Source: Octopus sinensis
Lineage: Eukaryota
Reading direction: 5' to 3'
Length of the DNA stretch: 64,000 bases
Assembly: GCF_006345805.1 (NCBI RefSeq)
Contig: NC_042999.1
Location: forward strand, 163,990,001 to 164,054,000
Position 1 is the stretch's first letter. The number at the start of each line of letters is the position of its first letter. A program made the translations under genes and the position numbers. Below, one piece after another: positions 38,890 through 53,449 of this stretch. The notes beneath the pieces were generated by a model. That model made no database searches. It was not told the origin of the DNA and saw only the letters and a program-made list of their open reading frames with translations.

Positions 38890-39030
38890 GTTGCTTGAAT
38901 AGGTGCACGGTGAATTGCTCGTCAGTGTGGTTGCAGAGACACATACCAACTCACCACACGATGGTACTGAACTCAGGACCATGTGTTTTGGAACTAGGTT
39001 TCTCACCACACAGCCACATCTGCACCTATG
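38890..39030 (-). mobile_element. 5' half of composite SINE, diverged
   Basis: gaactcaggaccatgtg...ttctcaccacacagccacatctgcacc. Confidence 0.6.
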
Positions 39031-39200
39031 TATATGTATGTGTGTGTATGCATGTGTATGGGTGTATATATGTATGCATGTATATATGTGTATATATATG
39101 TGTACATATTACATGTACATCTATATATATACATCTATACATATACATCTATACATATACAGATACATATAACATATATATATATATATATATAATATAT

Positions 39201-39231
<31 letters not shown>

Positions 39232-39867
39232 TATATAATATAATATATATATATATGTTAAAAAAATAGAACATATGCATATATATAAACATATATGTAC
39301 GTACCTACCTCTACATGTACATATACACGCATATATGTGTACAGGACACCAAAAAGACGTCGAACACATAGAGAGACGCGAAAAACATAGACACAAACCA
39401 AGGAACAAGACAAGCAAAAAAAGAGATACAGGACAATAAGCACAACGAAAAATCCCCTTCTTCAGTCGCTAAGGTGTCATCTACTAAACGTTTCGAAGGA
39501 TAAAAGCGAGACGTATACTTCGAAGAAAACTTCCTTCCTGTGAAAAGCAAATCAATTAAAATTCTGAGATCTTTCGCAGACGGGAAAAAAAGCAAGACAG
39601 TAACGACAGTACAAACATATAAACAGTAAAAAATATATATATAAACAGTGGAAAAATAAAAATATAACAGTGAGAGACAGGACAAGGAGAACAAGATAAG
39701 AAGGGCTGTTAAACGCCAGACGAAAAAAGTATTGCAAACGCTGGATTAAAGTGGACGACGAGAGAGAAAAAATGTCGACCAGTAGCCTTAGAAGGCGGGC
39801 GAATAAAGAGGATAGCAGTACGAGTTATTATATATATATATACATATATATATAGACATATATATTT

Positions 39868-39931
<64 letters not shown>

Positions 39932-40089
39932 ATATATATATATTATAATATATATATATATATTATTATATATATATACGTTCTATATATATACATGTAT
40001 ACATATATACATCTATAATATACATTTGTGCAGATGTATATATATATTATAACATATATAACATACATATGTATGTATATATGTATGTA

Positions 40090-40351
40090 TGCCTGTATAT
40101 ATGTGAGATAGTTTCACTTTAATAGTTTCAGTATTAAAGTGAAAATATCTGACATTACAAGAGAGAGATGTTAGTGTTTCACTTTTGACAATTAATGCTG
40201 AAATAGTGGAGAGGATATGATATTGCTCTGGGCTCGCACTAGGCAAGAAGTTAAAACTTTTTGGGCCTATGACACTACATGGACCCTCAGTAAGGCATGT
40301 GTAAAATATGAATGAAATTGGTTGTGTAATTCTCAAGTTTTAGGGAAACAC

Positions 40352-40425
<74 letters not shown>

Positions 40426-40445
40426 ATATATATATATATATATAA
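40090..40445 (-). mobile_element. Non-autonomous Helitron/HINE-like relic
   Basis: Minus strand: (TA)n, (TG)n, (TCTG)n, then ...acaaccaatttcattcatattttacaca, the same layout as the 5' part of 56235-56677; no 3' CTAG found. Confidence 0.5.
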
Positions 40446-41444
40446 TAATTACATTTATGTAAAGTTCCTGATTAATTAAAGCTAAACTCTCCCCTTTAGA
40501 ACTCAAAAAGGGTATTTAGGACTTTATGTTTCCCCATCTGCAGAAAGCCTCTATTTTCTATGGCAACATTGGTACCCCAGAAGAAACATTAACTTATCTA
40601 TCCTACATTGTCATCACCAAATTTGAGATAATATCATTGTATTCTTGGGGGTTTTACCCTTGTCAAATGACATAAGTGTTGCAGTTATCATAAAGTTTAC
40701 GTCAGTTTAATTGATAGAGAAGGTAACTTAGTTCAGCTCTTCAAATGGCTATTGTTAATAGACATAGCTAAGACTAAATATAAGCTAGTGATTCAAAATG
40801 GTTTTCGTTTTTATCGGTTTGGAAACTGGTTTACCGATTGTTGTAGAGTTCTGAAAGACTTCTACATATGTCGAAACTACATCAATTTCTATTGCATGCT
40901 ACTAATTAAACGGTATTCATAAATTGTTAAGTATTTATGTTATGAAGAATGTTCTAACATTAAACATCTTCGCGTAGTGTCTCCTGATCCAAAAAGAAAA
41001 ATGAAGGTTTATGAGAACTAAAAGATGTGGAAAGAAAGTCAATGAATGAAACAGAGGGAGAGGGAGAGAGAGAGTAACTGAGAGAGAAAGAGCGAGTTAG
41101 ACAGTAGAGAATGAATCAGAAAAACGAGGCAGACAGAAATAAAATGAAGATGTGAAGTAAACATTTTGAAGAGAAAGGCGAACGGATAACTTTCACACAC
41201 AAACACATACATATACTTAGGCAGACACAAGCATACACATACATGTATACATACATACATATATACACACATATACATGCATACATATATACATACATAT
41301 GTATATTTACATATATACATTTACATATATATCTACGTATGCATATGTGGTGGCTGTATGTGTGTGCATGAATATATATATAACTACATACACGAACATA
41401 ATTTTTTATATACATACACACACACATATATGTATGTATATATA

Positions 41445-41537
<93 letters not shown>

Positions 41538-43744
41538 ATATATATATATATTTATATAAATATATATATATATTTTAAATAATTATGTATGTATAATTGT
41601 GAAAGAGAGAGAGAGAGAGAGGGGGGAATGCAGTGGAGAGGTAGAAAGAGAGAAAGAGAATAACAAGAAAGGAAAAGAGATGAATAAATTTTCACCGACA
41701 CAAAAGAATATACTGAAAAAATATTGTAAGGCAGAAATCTGAAAGACAAAATTACTTTAAAAACAAAAATAAAGGACTATCAATGACTCGAGGATTGAAT
41801 GGTGCTGATAGGCCGTTGGTAAATGAAGTCATTGTGTCATTGATAAGTGTAGTCATTACACGATCTGTGGATCCTTTCAAAGTAGAGTCTACTACAATGG
41901 CTGAAAATCAAACAACTATTCGCTGTGGACGTCAGTTATTCCCAGTGAGAAACAAAATGATCAACACATGTTTATTTCTATTAATAGCTTCGAATTATCA
42001 TAAGAATGACCTGGAGCTAAACTGGAACATTGCTGCGCTCCATATAGAGAGAAGGGCCAAATGTGCTTTAACGGAAGAAAAAGATGTATATATATTGTAA
42101 AATTTCATTCTGTCGTGCTTTTAGTCAGGTTTCAAATTCGTTCCTTGATAAACATAGATAATGTGGTGGTTACTTAAATATTTACTGTGGAAGAATTTAG
42201 TCCACGATCCGGTTTCGATTCTTTGTTGCATTTATTTAAAATTACATCTTAAAGAAAGCGGAGAAGTAAGTTAAAGAAAAGGGCAAAAGTAACACAATGA
42301 CCGGGAAAAACAGAGTCAGGGAGATTACAGAAAGAAGAGAGGAAGATAGATGGATAGAAAGCAAGAATGAGACAAAGAGAGAGGAGGAGAGCTTGAAATG
42401 GAGCTTACTAGATGGAGAAGCAATATAAAGAACGGTTATGAATAAAAACATGGCTTTTCATTTAATATGAACAAGAACATTCATCCTTCACTAATCCAGA
42501 GACAATGAAATCGGTGTCAATAAAGACAGCTGGTACCATGTTTAGCTCGGAGTAAAAAAGATTCAGCACAGACGTTAGAGGTTCGCTTTCTATCGATAAT
42601 CTCTTTCTATATGTAAGTTTTGAAGGAAGATTTCGTGACCATGACCATTTATGACCCTCTCAGATGTCAAGATCAATGTCTCTCAATCACTCACTCAATA
42701 CGTAAGTGAATCATTATAGATACAACCGAAAAACGAACCTAAATTGCGAACTAAAACCATGACAGATAATGTCTGTGTATCAATTAACGCAACTCATTCG
42801 AAGCAAGACATAGTTTAACGGTTAACAAAACGAAATTTAGTTTCAATTGAAGCGTTTTTCAGCCTACTTTACCAATGGGAAGCAGTAAGGTTCCAGTTTC
42901 AATTAACTTGAAGCCATTCTTCAGATAAATGAGAAACCATAATGAAAATAATTTTGGTTTTCGTACAGAACTAGATTTTCATCGGAAGAATTGTCGTCAA
43001 ATGATATAATGGTATAATAATACATACACTCGCACACACACACGCGCGCGCACACACACACACATACACACACACATACACACACATGCACATTTATGTG
43101 TGTGTGTATATATATATATAAATGAAGATAAGCGATAGATATACATATATGTGTGCGTGAGTGTGCACGAGTTTGTATATATAGATATATACATACATGT
43201 ATGTGTATATGCATATCCATATATATATGCTTACGTATATATATTATATATGCTACATATATGTGTGTATGTGTGTGTGTGCGCGCACACGTGTCTCTGT
43301 GTGTGTGTGTGTTTGTGTCTGTGTGCGTGCACGTTTGTGTACGTGTGACAAGTCCCCTAATATCTCATCATTCTGTTCAAGTCTCATCCTCGAAGATATC
43401 AATTCTCAATTCGCTTCTTAACCAATTTCAACTGTTATATGACTCTATAATAAATTCTGTAATCGAAACTAATATATCTTCAATGATTGATGCTTCTCTC
43501 GGCACTAAAACATCCGTCTCACTGTAACAGGTGATATCAAGTTGGGGATTCGATATTCGTCAATGGTTCTTAATTATTTTTCTTATCTTTCTCTTTTTGA
43601 AATCATAAGACGCACAGGGAAATGGTCATTTCATAGTGTAATCAACTTAACCAATATGAAATGCTATCTAACATTCTATTTAAATAGATTCGAAGCTCGA
43701 GAATGCTTTTGGTGCATAATTACGAACAAAAAGTAATGATGTCG

Positions 43745-43900
43745 ATGTATTTCTCAACACTAAATTCCATCAACGTCGACTTCGCCTTTCATCCTTTCGT
43801 GGTCGATAAAATAAGTATCAGTTGTGCATTGGGTTCGATCTAATCGATTAACTCCTCTCCCAACAATTGTTGGCTGTATGTCAAAATTTGAAACTGTTAT
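43745..43900 (+). mobile_element. Meta-like SINE fragment
   Basis: gtcgacttcgcctttcatcctttcgtggtcgataaaataagtatcag. Confidence 0.75.
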
Positions 43901-44354
43901 TTGAAGACAAAGGGAAATTTTAATGTTTAGCACAGTGTCGTTCTCAAAAAGTGAAAGATTTTATTTTTTGTTAAGAAATTATGTATAGAAAAATATGTTG
44001 AAATTGTATACCTTATATACACATTCAAAGTTTACAAAAATAGAGCAGGAGGTCATTGGCATGGATCTCTATTTCTTTTAACAGTCAAAGTTTACTTGAT
44101 CCACGGTGATCGGGCGGCTCCAACTGGAAATTTCAAATCTCACCCAAATCATATTCTACCTCCTTAAAAGCTCTAACTACATTTGACAATGCAGTTATAA
44201 ATGCCTTATGTTTGAATAAATAATCACGACCAGAATGTTTCTTATAGATGCAGAGATGGTTGTGTGGTTAAAACGTTTACTTCAAAACTACGTGATTCGG
44301 GTTCGATCCCATTGCGCAGTGATTGGGGCAAATGGTTTCTACCACTATATACAT

Positions 44355-44355
44355 G

Positions 44356-44387
<32 letters not shown>

Positions 44388-44646
44388 TGTATGTATGTAT
44401 GTATGTATGTATGTATGTATGTATGTATGTATATATGTATGTATGTATATATGTATGTATGTATGTATGTATATATGTATGTATATATGTATGTATGTAT
44501 GTATGTTGTATGTATGTATATATTATGTATGTATGTATGTATGTATTGTATGTATGTATGATGTATGTATGTATATATTATGTATGTATGTATGTAGTAT
44601 GTATGTATATGTATGTATGTAGTATGTATGTATGTATGTATGTATG

Positions 44647-44680
<34 letters not shown>

Positions 44681-44732
44681 TATATGTATGTATGTATGTA
44701 TGTATAATGTATGTATGTATGTATGTATGTAT
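44355..44732. repeat. Degenerate (TATG)n array preceded by a SINE head at 44250-44345
   Basis: Read directly; source of the MYVC ORFs. Confidence 0.95.
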
Positions 44733-45069
44733 AAAACGAAGGCGGCTATACGCAGAATAAAAGAAAAAATTCAATTGCTACTAACTGTGACTGGGAGTGC
44801 GGGTTGCAACTACATTGCTAGAAATAAGAGTTAAAAATCCTTAGAGCCGCAAGAAAGCACGTTTGCATAGACAGGGGAGATAACCGCTGTGGTGAGGTTA
44901 TTTCTCCTGTCAGAGAGCAATATAGGTGTGTGTATATATATATACATATATAGACACACACACACACACACGAGTGAGTAGACAAACGAAAGAAGGTCAC
45001 TCAATGGCCGAAGCCTATTCACACGCTTGAAACACAGAGTACCAAGGAGTCTGAATCAAAGTGTTTTGC

Positions 45070-45101
<32 letters not shown>

Positions 45102-46517
45102 TAGATAAAACTTAGATATGTTTCGACCAAAGATTTGTCCAGGCCATGTCTAACTTAATAGCACCACCTGATAGGATTATCTAAATCCTGTTTAAGTCAA
45201 GTTTTGTTTATGGTCTATTCAAGTATTGAGTTTTTGTTGTGGCTTATCTGGTATTCCTTGAAGGAATCTATCCAGACTCCGTTTAAAGTTGATGGGATCC
45301 TTTTCCTCTTTGATCTCTTTCGGGACAATGTTAAATGTTGAGGAAAAGAAATTACGTTGCAGTGTCGGCGAAGGATAAAATCGCTTAATCAGTGACATGC
45401 CTTTCTCAATCTCACTTTAAGAAATGCAGTAACGCAGAGGTTGACCCATTGAAAAATTCATTGTAGTTTGAAAATTTAAATATATAATGAATAAATAAAT
45501 AGAACTCGGCCTGGGCTGATCTAGGAGTGAACAAGCGCAACCAAATGATCAAGGCTTAACGAAAGTGAAAGATCCTGTGACACATTGCTGTTAATAAAAT
45601 TGCCATTCAAATACTTTAGAATAAGTTTCATAATTTCAATGACTTACACAATGCAATTCTTTAATGAATGCTACTGGGAGACGCTAGGAATGGTAAAACG
45701 ATGGCTTCAACGTATTTCAGTGTTCCGTCTGTATGCATTTTGATCGATTCGGTCGATTGGCCTTTCAAGGTCGATTTGGCCTTCCATTTGTTTTCGATAA
45801 GATATGTGCCAGTTAATAAATGTTAGGACAGAATTAATGAAAATACATTCTTCCTCTACAAATTACTGAAATTCTGCCAATTGTTGAAATGAATATTTTT
45901 CTCGGATATCCATAGCATCTATTATGGCGTCGATTTCAATCATACAAGCTGTGATAGGAAAATCTCCCATATTTTACACAGCTATACGTATGGCGCTAGT
46001 GTAGTTAGGTAGTGAATAACTATGTCACCATGTAACAAGTATTCGACGGTTATTTTTCATTTACTACCATGGTTTGGAAGGGTGTACACCATGCATTTGC
46101 TGTTGAAATGTTTATGAAGAATGGGAAATTTGATTCTTTTTCTTTTTCCATTGTATCTTTAAAGTTAACTTTCTTTATCGTTTTCTTTTGTTTTTTCCCA
46201 AATTTTCTTCCGGATGTTTAATCTGTACTTTTATTTTCTCGCTATAAAAATTGTACAAGTTATGAAACAAGAAACGAGCCCAAAGTTTGTTTTAATTATT
46301 TGTATAATTTTAAATTACTAAATTTCGTACCATTAAATTTATTTTTGAATAATGCGAATCTTCGTGAGCCTTGTTGTTGGTAATGTATCAGCATCTCTTA
46401 TCATTCTAACGCTTTCAGGGGAATTGTTTCTGTTTCTCATTTTCATATTCTCTGTTTATAGGACTTATATTTCCATAGTTTCTCCATTTCTTTTAGAGAT
46501 ACATTATCGGTTTTCCG

Positions 46518-46770
46518 TGGAGGCGCGTGGCTTAGTGATTAGTATGTCAGCATTATGATCGTAAGATTGTGGTTTCGATTCCTGGACCGGGCGACGTGTT
46601 ATGTTCTTGAGCAAAACACTTCATTTCACGTTGCTCCAGTCCATTCAGCTGGCAAAAATGAGTAACGCTGAGATGGACTGGCGACCCGTCCAGCTGGGGA
46701 GAACACATACGCCATTGAAACCGGGAAACCAGGCCCATGAGCCTGGCTAGGCTTTAAAAGGGCGCATTTA
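46518..46770 (+). mobile_element. tRNA-derived SINE, same family as 2648-2895
   Basis: Near reverse complement of 2648-2895 over its whole length. Confidence 0.88.
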
Positions 46771-46789
46771 TTTATTATATTTATTGGTT

Positions 46790-48020
46790 TTCCCTGGTGG
46801 TCTCTAACAATATTTTCTGGACAGTTTTTCTTAACTCCTTGTCAATGGATTGGCATCCTAGAGTTTAATAATTTTCTTATTATCTATGACATCTTGTGAG
46901 ACGTATTTGTATCATGGCTTTCATGTGAATATTCCTTAATGCTGGCATAGTTTCTACTGTTAGCTCCAGCCTTATACATACATTAATATTTTCCATCTTG
47001 TCTAAGACTGAGCAACCAAAAGGAAATGTAATTGATTATTCCTGCACAGCCTCTCACACAGTTTTCTGTTAGGCTTTATACTCTAGCGCATTTTGTTTTC
47101 GATACTTTCTAGTTAGAAGGTTTCGCTTGTACCCGATAACATCACCTTAGGTCTCAGTTTTGGGCTCTGGGCTTCCAATAAATACTGAGACTTTTCCTTA
47201 ATCCACTTATAATTTGTCTAGTTTTTGTTGACTATTGAACACGTAAAAGATTTTCTTGCCATTCTCTTATGTAACTGCAATATTTTTAAGACTTTCTGTT
47301 GTTTTTACCTACTCTTCTCAGCTATCTGATATTACGACTTCTGTTTTTATATCTTTTGTCCTCCCTAAAGGCGCAACAGAATTCTTTGTTGTTCGTATTT
47401 TGCAGTTATATATATTAGTTTCCCGTTATTCCTTCAGATTTCTGTTCGTTCAGTGGATACTTTATAATAGTTTTTGAGTTGCAAAAATCTTTATCATGCT
47501 CTATCCGTAATAAATATAATCTTTGTATGTCGACTCCTTTGGTCAATATTTTCCATATGTTTTCTTATATCTTGTATTGCTAATTCACTTAGCTTTCAAC
47601 TAGAGTGCTGAAATCCATTTGTTTTATAATTTTCTTTTCCTTTTCAGTACTTAGATCAGTTTTAAGTATTAATCTAATGCATCTAAAACATGTATTCCAA
47701 ACATTTCCTTTCATTTCTTTTTTCATCTGTTGTGCTCCAGATAATTTATTAAATCTTAAATATTTGTAAGCCTGTATATGCTCTAATTCTTTTATTTTTG
47801 TTCCTTCATCTAAGAGGGTATCAGTAGGTTTTAATAAGTTATCCGAACGGCTGCTTGTTTTTCGAAACCGAATTTTATGGCAATTTCCCTACAGAATCTA
47901 TCCTAAATTTGTATCAGGATCACGATTCATTTTATGACTGTTCTCTTGTTTTTATTAACAATGTCTCATCCATCTCCTGTTCCTATTGCAAATTTGCGCA
48001 GTCATTCTCAAAGACGGATG
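46790..48020 (-). mobile_element. Very degenerate R4/Dong-clade LINE (RT to 3' end)
   Basis: MDE.LL.KT (YMDD region), FCREIAIKFGFEK, IKELEHIQAYKYL, IRLILKTDL, GVDIQRLYL. Confidence 0.6.
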
Positions 48021-48104
48021 TTCCTAAGAATATCATGGAATGGATTTTATAAAAGCCACTCTACATCTTTATACAATGTGACATTTTGTTTCAAATATTG
48101 ACTT

Positions 48105-48779
48105 TTTCTTCTTCTTCTTCTTCTTCTTCTTCTCCTTCTTCTCTTCTTTTCTTCTTCTTCTTCTTCTTCTTCTCCTCCTCCTCCACCTCTTACTCCTCCT
48201 TCTTCTTCTCCTTCTTCTTCTTCTTCTTCTTCTCCTCCTTCTCCTTCTCCTTCTTCTTATTCTTCTCCCCCTTCTTCTTCTTCTTCTTCTTTTCTTTTTC
48301 TTCCTCTTCTTCTTCTTCCCCTTCTTCTTCTTCTTCTTCTTCTTCTTCTCCTCCACCTCTTCCTCCCCCTTCTTCTCCTTCTTCTTTTTCTTCTTATTCT
48401 TCTCCTTCTTCTTCTCCTCTTCCTCCTCTTTTCTTCTCTCCTTCTTCTTCTTCTTCTTCTTCTTCTTCTTCCCCTTCTTCTTCTTCCCCTTCTTCTTCTT
48501 CTTCTTCTTCTTCTTCTTCTTCTCCTTCTTCTTCTTCTTCTTCTTCTTCCCCTTCTTCTTCTTCTTCTTCTTCTTCTTCTTCTTCTTCTTCTTCTTCTTT
48601 TCTTCTCTTCTTCTCCTTCTTCTTCTTCTTCTTCTTCTTCTTCTTCTTCTTCCTCCTCCTCCGCTGATGTTGTTGTTGTTGTTCTTCTTCTTCTTCATGT
48701 TCCTCCTTCTCCTCCTCCTCCTCCTCCCCGTTGTTTTTCTTCTTCTTCTCGTCGTCGTCGTCATTCTCCTTCTGTTTCT

Positions 48780-48818
<39 letters not shown>

Positions 48819-48879
48819 CAGTAGCAGCAGCAGCAGATGTATTAGTAGTAGGAGTAGCAGCAGAAGTATTGGTAGTAGT

Positions 48880-48910
<31 letters not shown>
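48105..48910. repeat. Long (CTT/CTC)n polypyrimidine tract followed by (AGT/AGC)n
   Basis: Read directly; source of the poly-K/R/E/S ORFs. Confidence 0.97.
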
Positions 48911-49429
48911 ATATCATATGGCAATCATTAACCTTCATCCTTCACTTTATCGTGTCAATGTTTACGTAATAAAGTCTATCATTTCAAGGACTCTTTATAT
49001 AATAGATAATTGGTGCTCATGTCATTGGGTTAATGTCTATATAATCTATTTGCTTAATATATTCACAAATATATTTTTGCGAATAACCTTTTCAAAAATC
49101 CCACATAAACAGATATAGATATTATTAGTTTGTGTATTTTGGACAAAATAATATTGATATCCAGAATTAAATTAACCTCGAATTTACCCCTCCCCCCAAA
49201 AAAAAACTTTAATTCTGTAATTACGTCGGTTCAATCCTTCCTTATCAAAGATAACTACTATTTTGTCTGGTATAACATGAAAGACTGCTATCCTTCAATC
49301 CAAAAGTTTCCTTAAACTTTGCAGTCAACGCCATTAAAATATTTTCATCTATATCGAAACCAGGGAATGAAATTATATTTCACGCTCAAAAACCTATTTT
49401 GGTCTATCTTAATAATTGCCCGGATTGAA

Positions 49430-49795
49430 GAAAACAAATCTGACGTCTGCCGTTGTACAAGGAATAAAGACTTGATTAAGATAACCGATATAGTAGGAAT
49501 TGATATGCTAAATTGCTATCCTAAAGATTCTTTACATTCTCAGGGGTTTATACAGAGATTACTACTATTAAAACGCAGATATCATAAAACCCAACAGACT
49601 GAAAACTTCATTAGAGATTTCCGTATCTTTTTCCAGTAGTTCAATCTAAAATAGTAGTGAAATCCAACTTCAAGATATAAGAATTATGACGACGTTACCG
49701 TAAATCTTAAGAACAGGCATTTTCCACCTTTTAAGAAACCTAATACACTGGTAATTATTCAAACCACCCAAAATATATTTTAGCTAATCTTGTTA
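49430..49795 (+). mobile_element. Penelope-like (Naiad-like) RT relic, left part
   Basis: ITDIVGI.ML, GLYRD (GLYRDDG motif), NLKIVVKSN...DVTVNLKN..FPPFKKPN...NHP. Confidence 0.7.
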
Positions 49796-49944
49796 TTAAT
49801 TCATCAGAGATTTCCATATCTTTTTCCAGTAGTTCAGCCTAAAATAGTATATACATACATACATACATACATACATACATACATACATACATACAACATA
49901 CATACATACACACACATACATACATACATACATACATACTAAGG

Positions 49945-52900
49945 GTGGATGAAAGCGTATTTTGCAATGGCGCCTGTAACAAAACACATTTCGCTAAAGA
50001 ATATCGTAGCCGAATAAAGAAAATTTGGACCTCGGAACTCTCTGCATTCAATAAAAGAGTGGCTCACAATGTGTTTGCAGTGCCAGTACTCATATCAATA
50101 TTTGGGCTGCTTGATTGAGATCCGAGCCATTGATGTGAAAATCCGGAAGATACTAACAAACACACATACTTTCCATATCAACAGTGATATCTAACTCGAA
50201 AGCAAGGCGGCAGCGGCTTAACGTCGATCCAAACTGCCTTCGAATATTGTATCATATCCCTTCGGCAACATCTTTTCACCACTGAGTGTCGAAGTGCTTC
50301 CCTTGACCAAGTTTGCATTCATGTAGCTGATAACGTCATGAGACTTGGAAAGTAGTTCCATGAGCAACATTCCTTGTCTGATAACCTTAAATACATGTCC
50401 AAAGAACTCGCACAACTCTACTGCAACGTATCATCAGATGAAAGGATGGGCGTATATCAGCAGAAGACCATGCATGGATATGTTAGTAGAAAGCTCTGTA
50501 ATGATAGTAACATCGATCATGAAAGCAGTTTATCATGAACCAATAACCGGATTACTACCTCCCACTTTGAAGAATATGCGCTTGCGATCCAGGAACAGGA
50601 ACTATTAACCAAATACCTGATGCACAAAAGGGACAGAGACGCAGGAAAAGCAGTAAAATGTGATCACTGATGCAGATTTTGTGGAGTTAACACCGAAGAT
50701 ATCACCCACATCATAAGCAGTTGTTCGAAAATGTCATTATCTACATATGAGACATGATGTTGTAGCTAGGACACTATATAATGAAATCCGTCGGAAGGAT
50801 AACCCCGAGGATAAAGAAATAAGAACCCATTGTATGGTAGAAGCCATAGCTACTCATAATAAAAAGGTGTACTGGTGGAATTTCCCAGTGAAAACCTCAA
50901 TAAAATGTGTTTATTTAAACACAATAAACTTGATATAATGATTTGGGATAGAGAAGAGAAACTGTGTACAATTGTGCAGATCAGCTTTCCAGCGAATGTT
51001 AACATGAAACTGAAGATCAGTGAAAAAAAGAACACCTACGCTGAGCTATTGAAAAATCTCCAGTTACTCTATCCAGATGATAACTTCAGGTTTATACCTA
51101 TAATTATTAGGGCACTGAGATATATAACACACTGCCTAAATACCAATCTTGAGAAATTATGCTTCTCAAAACCGGAAAGGAGCAAGCTGATTCGAAAATG
51201 TAATATCCTGATGCCTCCACTATCGTAGTACGGCTGATATCGTCGACGATAGATAAAGAACACACTGTAACAGTGTTATAATAATACAAAATAGGAACAA
51301 CAGCAGTAACAAACACGTAACGAACCAACAATCAATATTTCCAACACACTAACTCGAACTGAAAACTGTACTTAGACTTCTAAGACCAAAATACAAATTG
51401 CTGACAACGTCAGACCGCTTCTATTTATATGGAGTGGTTCCGTTTATTCTCGTCAGAGGGTGTCGTACTCTCGCCACAACATCTTCCATTTTAAGATTTT
51501 GAGTTCCGAAGGGTTAGAGAAATTTTATTTATTTGTATTACGTTTTAGTATCTTTTTCGCTTGGGCCTTATCTCAAGGTGTTCGGTCTGCTTTCGTTTTC
51601 TCATGCTGGTTCTACGAGACTCCATTACCGAAGTACTGGGACATAGAATACATTAAAAAAAATACTTCCATAGGAATTTTTCTCCGTTCTTTGTTATGTC
51701 TCTTCTTTAGCTGATTTATGTGTCTCTTATGTTCCCAGCGTGGTCCTTTAATTAGTTACATCATACTTCCTTCTTTACCATTTCTGTAGGTTTTCAAATG
51801 CACTTTATCTCCTACTTCGAAATATTTCGTTGCATCTTTCGTATTTCCTTTACATCTTTTTTTTTCTCTGGCTATAACTTATCAAAAATCGATTTTATTC
51901 TTCTCGCGAACATCGATTCTGCGGGTGACTTACCTGAATTTGTACTTGGATTAGGGGTTACTCTATATACCCTTAATAATTTTGTTAGCGCTTCGTCGTT
52001 ACTTAATTCGTTCCTAGCTTTTCTTAACGCTCTTTTTGAACGTGTCCACGAATCATTCTACCTACCCATTTGACCTCGGGTGGTAGGGTGGATTGAAAAT
52101 ATGCTTTTTAAGACATGTATTGAAAACATGAATTTTACAGAAGTTCTTGAATTCATATCCCGAGAATTGCGTTCCATTATCAGAAACTAACGTGTTTGGA
52201 ACACCTATCGCGTAAACAATTCATATAGGAACTTTATAGTTGTCTTAGCGGTTGGCTTATTGCACCTGCACACCTTTTGTACAGCTGTCTACCACGATTA
52301 GATAATAAGCACCGTTCACTGGTCTGGCATAGTCAATATGTAACTTAGACAATGTGTTCTCAGTCTCCGGCCACAATTGATATTTTGCCGGCGGGGCTTT
52401 GGCCGCGAGCGCACAACCTTGACAGTTTCTCACCAAATTTTCGATACTCTAGTCCATAGTCGGCCAACATACGTAACTCCTCATCAGAGCTTTTATCCTC
52501 GACATTCCCAGGTGTCCGCTGCGGAATTCCTGCAATACACATTTTTGTAATGTCGGTACTACAACTCTTTGCGCATACATCAGAATACCGTCGCATATTG
52601 AGAAATTACTCGAATTTGTATTTTTATTCTCCTTATTTTTTAAAGCATTTTTTCATCTTTGTAATATACTCAACGCCTACAGATTTCATTTTTATATCCT
52701 GTGCAGTCACTGGCAGTTCTTAGATAATATTAGTCATAATACTTTTATTACTTTTTCAACCTGCAGTGCAGCTATCACGGCATCTTCTAGTGGTTCCGTA
52801 TTTTGGGGAATTAGTCTCGATAGACAGTCCGCATGACCAATTGTTTTCGATGGAATATACTGCATTTTGAAATTGTAATTTAGTAATATTATACCCCAAC

Positions 52901-53375
52901 GTTGTTGTCGGTTCGTTGTATGGGGAGGTAGCCCTTTCTTTGAACCATAAATTGATAGCAACACACTAACTCGAACTGTAAACTCTACCTGGACTTCGAA
53001 GACCAAAATACGAACTGCCAACTACGTCAGACCGCTACTATTTATATGTAGTGGCTCCGTTTATTCTGGTCGGAGGGTGTCGTACTCTCATCACAACAGA
53101 AGACTACAGATCCAAGGCATGAATGGAATTGTAAAAATCGGTAAACTTTGGAGTTTATCATTTAAGTATATATGAGCATGTCAAGATATGCAAGACGTAC
53201 ATTAAAAAACATACAAATCTGCACGTGTACATACATACATACGTACATACATACGTGCATACGTACATACATGCAAAATTTCCTGTGGATGTTGTTGAAA
53301 TTCCAATAAAGGGGCCTTGGATCTTGGTAAGAAGCGGCTGTTTCTCTATTGGCAAGAAATCTTGAATATTGACAT
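49945..53375 (+). mobile_element. R4/Dong-clade RLE LINE, interrupted by the Gypsy element, flanked by (ATAC)n
   Basis: RIKKIWTSELSAFNK..HNVFAVPVL; CRFCG..TEDITHIISSC; MRHDVVA; HNKLDI..WD...CTIV; FIPIII.AL; LIR, then after the insertion RLQIQ...VKI; 3' UTR ends ttgac plus atac repeats. Confidence 0.88.
51199..53098 (-). mobile_element. Internally deleted Ty3/Gypsy LTR retrotransposon (RNase H end plus integrase)
   Basis: 3' LTR 51199-51481 (TGT...ACA) preceded by a PPT aaaatggaaga; partial 5' LTR 52956-53098. GSKKGLP..RQQRW..LLNYNF..GHAD.LSRL; GHLGMSRIKALMRSY; LHIDY; LVSDNGTQF; PYHPRSNG; YRVTP...SPAE. TSD gaaaa/gaaga. Confidence 0.92.
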
Positions 53376-53402
53376 ACATACACATACACGCAAAAACACA
53401 CA

Positions 53403-53443
<41 letters not shown>

Positions 53444-53449
53444 ATTTAT

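Noticed and set aside
41783-42100. 105-aa non-repetitive ORF
   Set aside because: No recognisable motif; length is within chance expectation. It could be non-coding conserved DNA, but I cannot test that.
45112-45150. ttggtc GAAA catat, hammerhead-like (minus)
   Set aside because: CUGANGA core is absent.
48069-48938. 289-aa Lys/Arg-rich ORF, longest in the track
   Set aside because: Purely the (CTT/CTC)n and (AGT)n tract.
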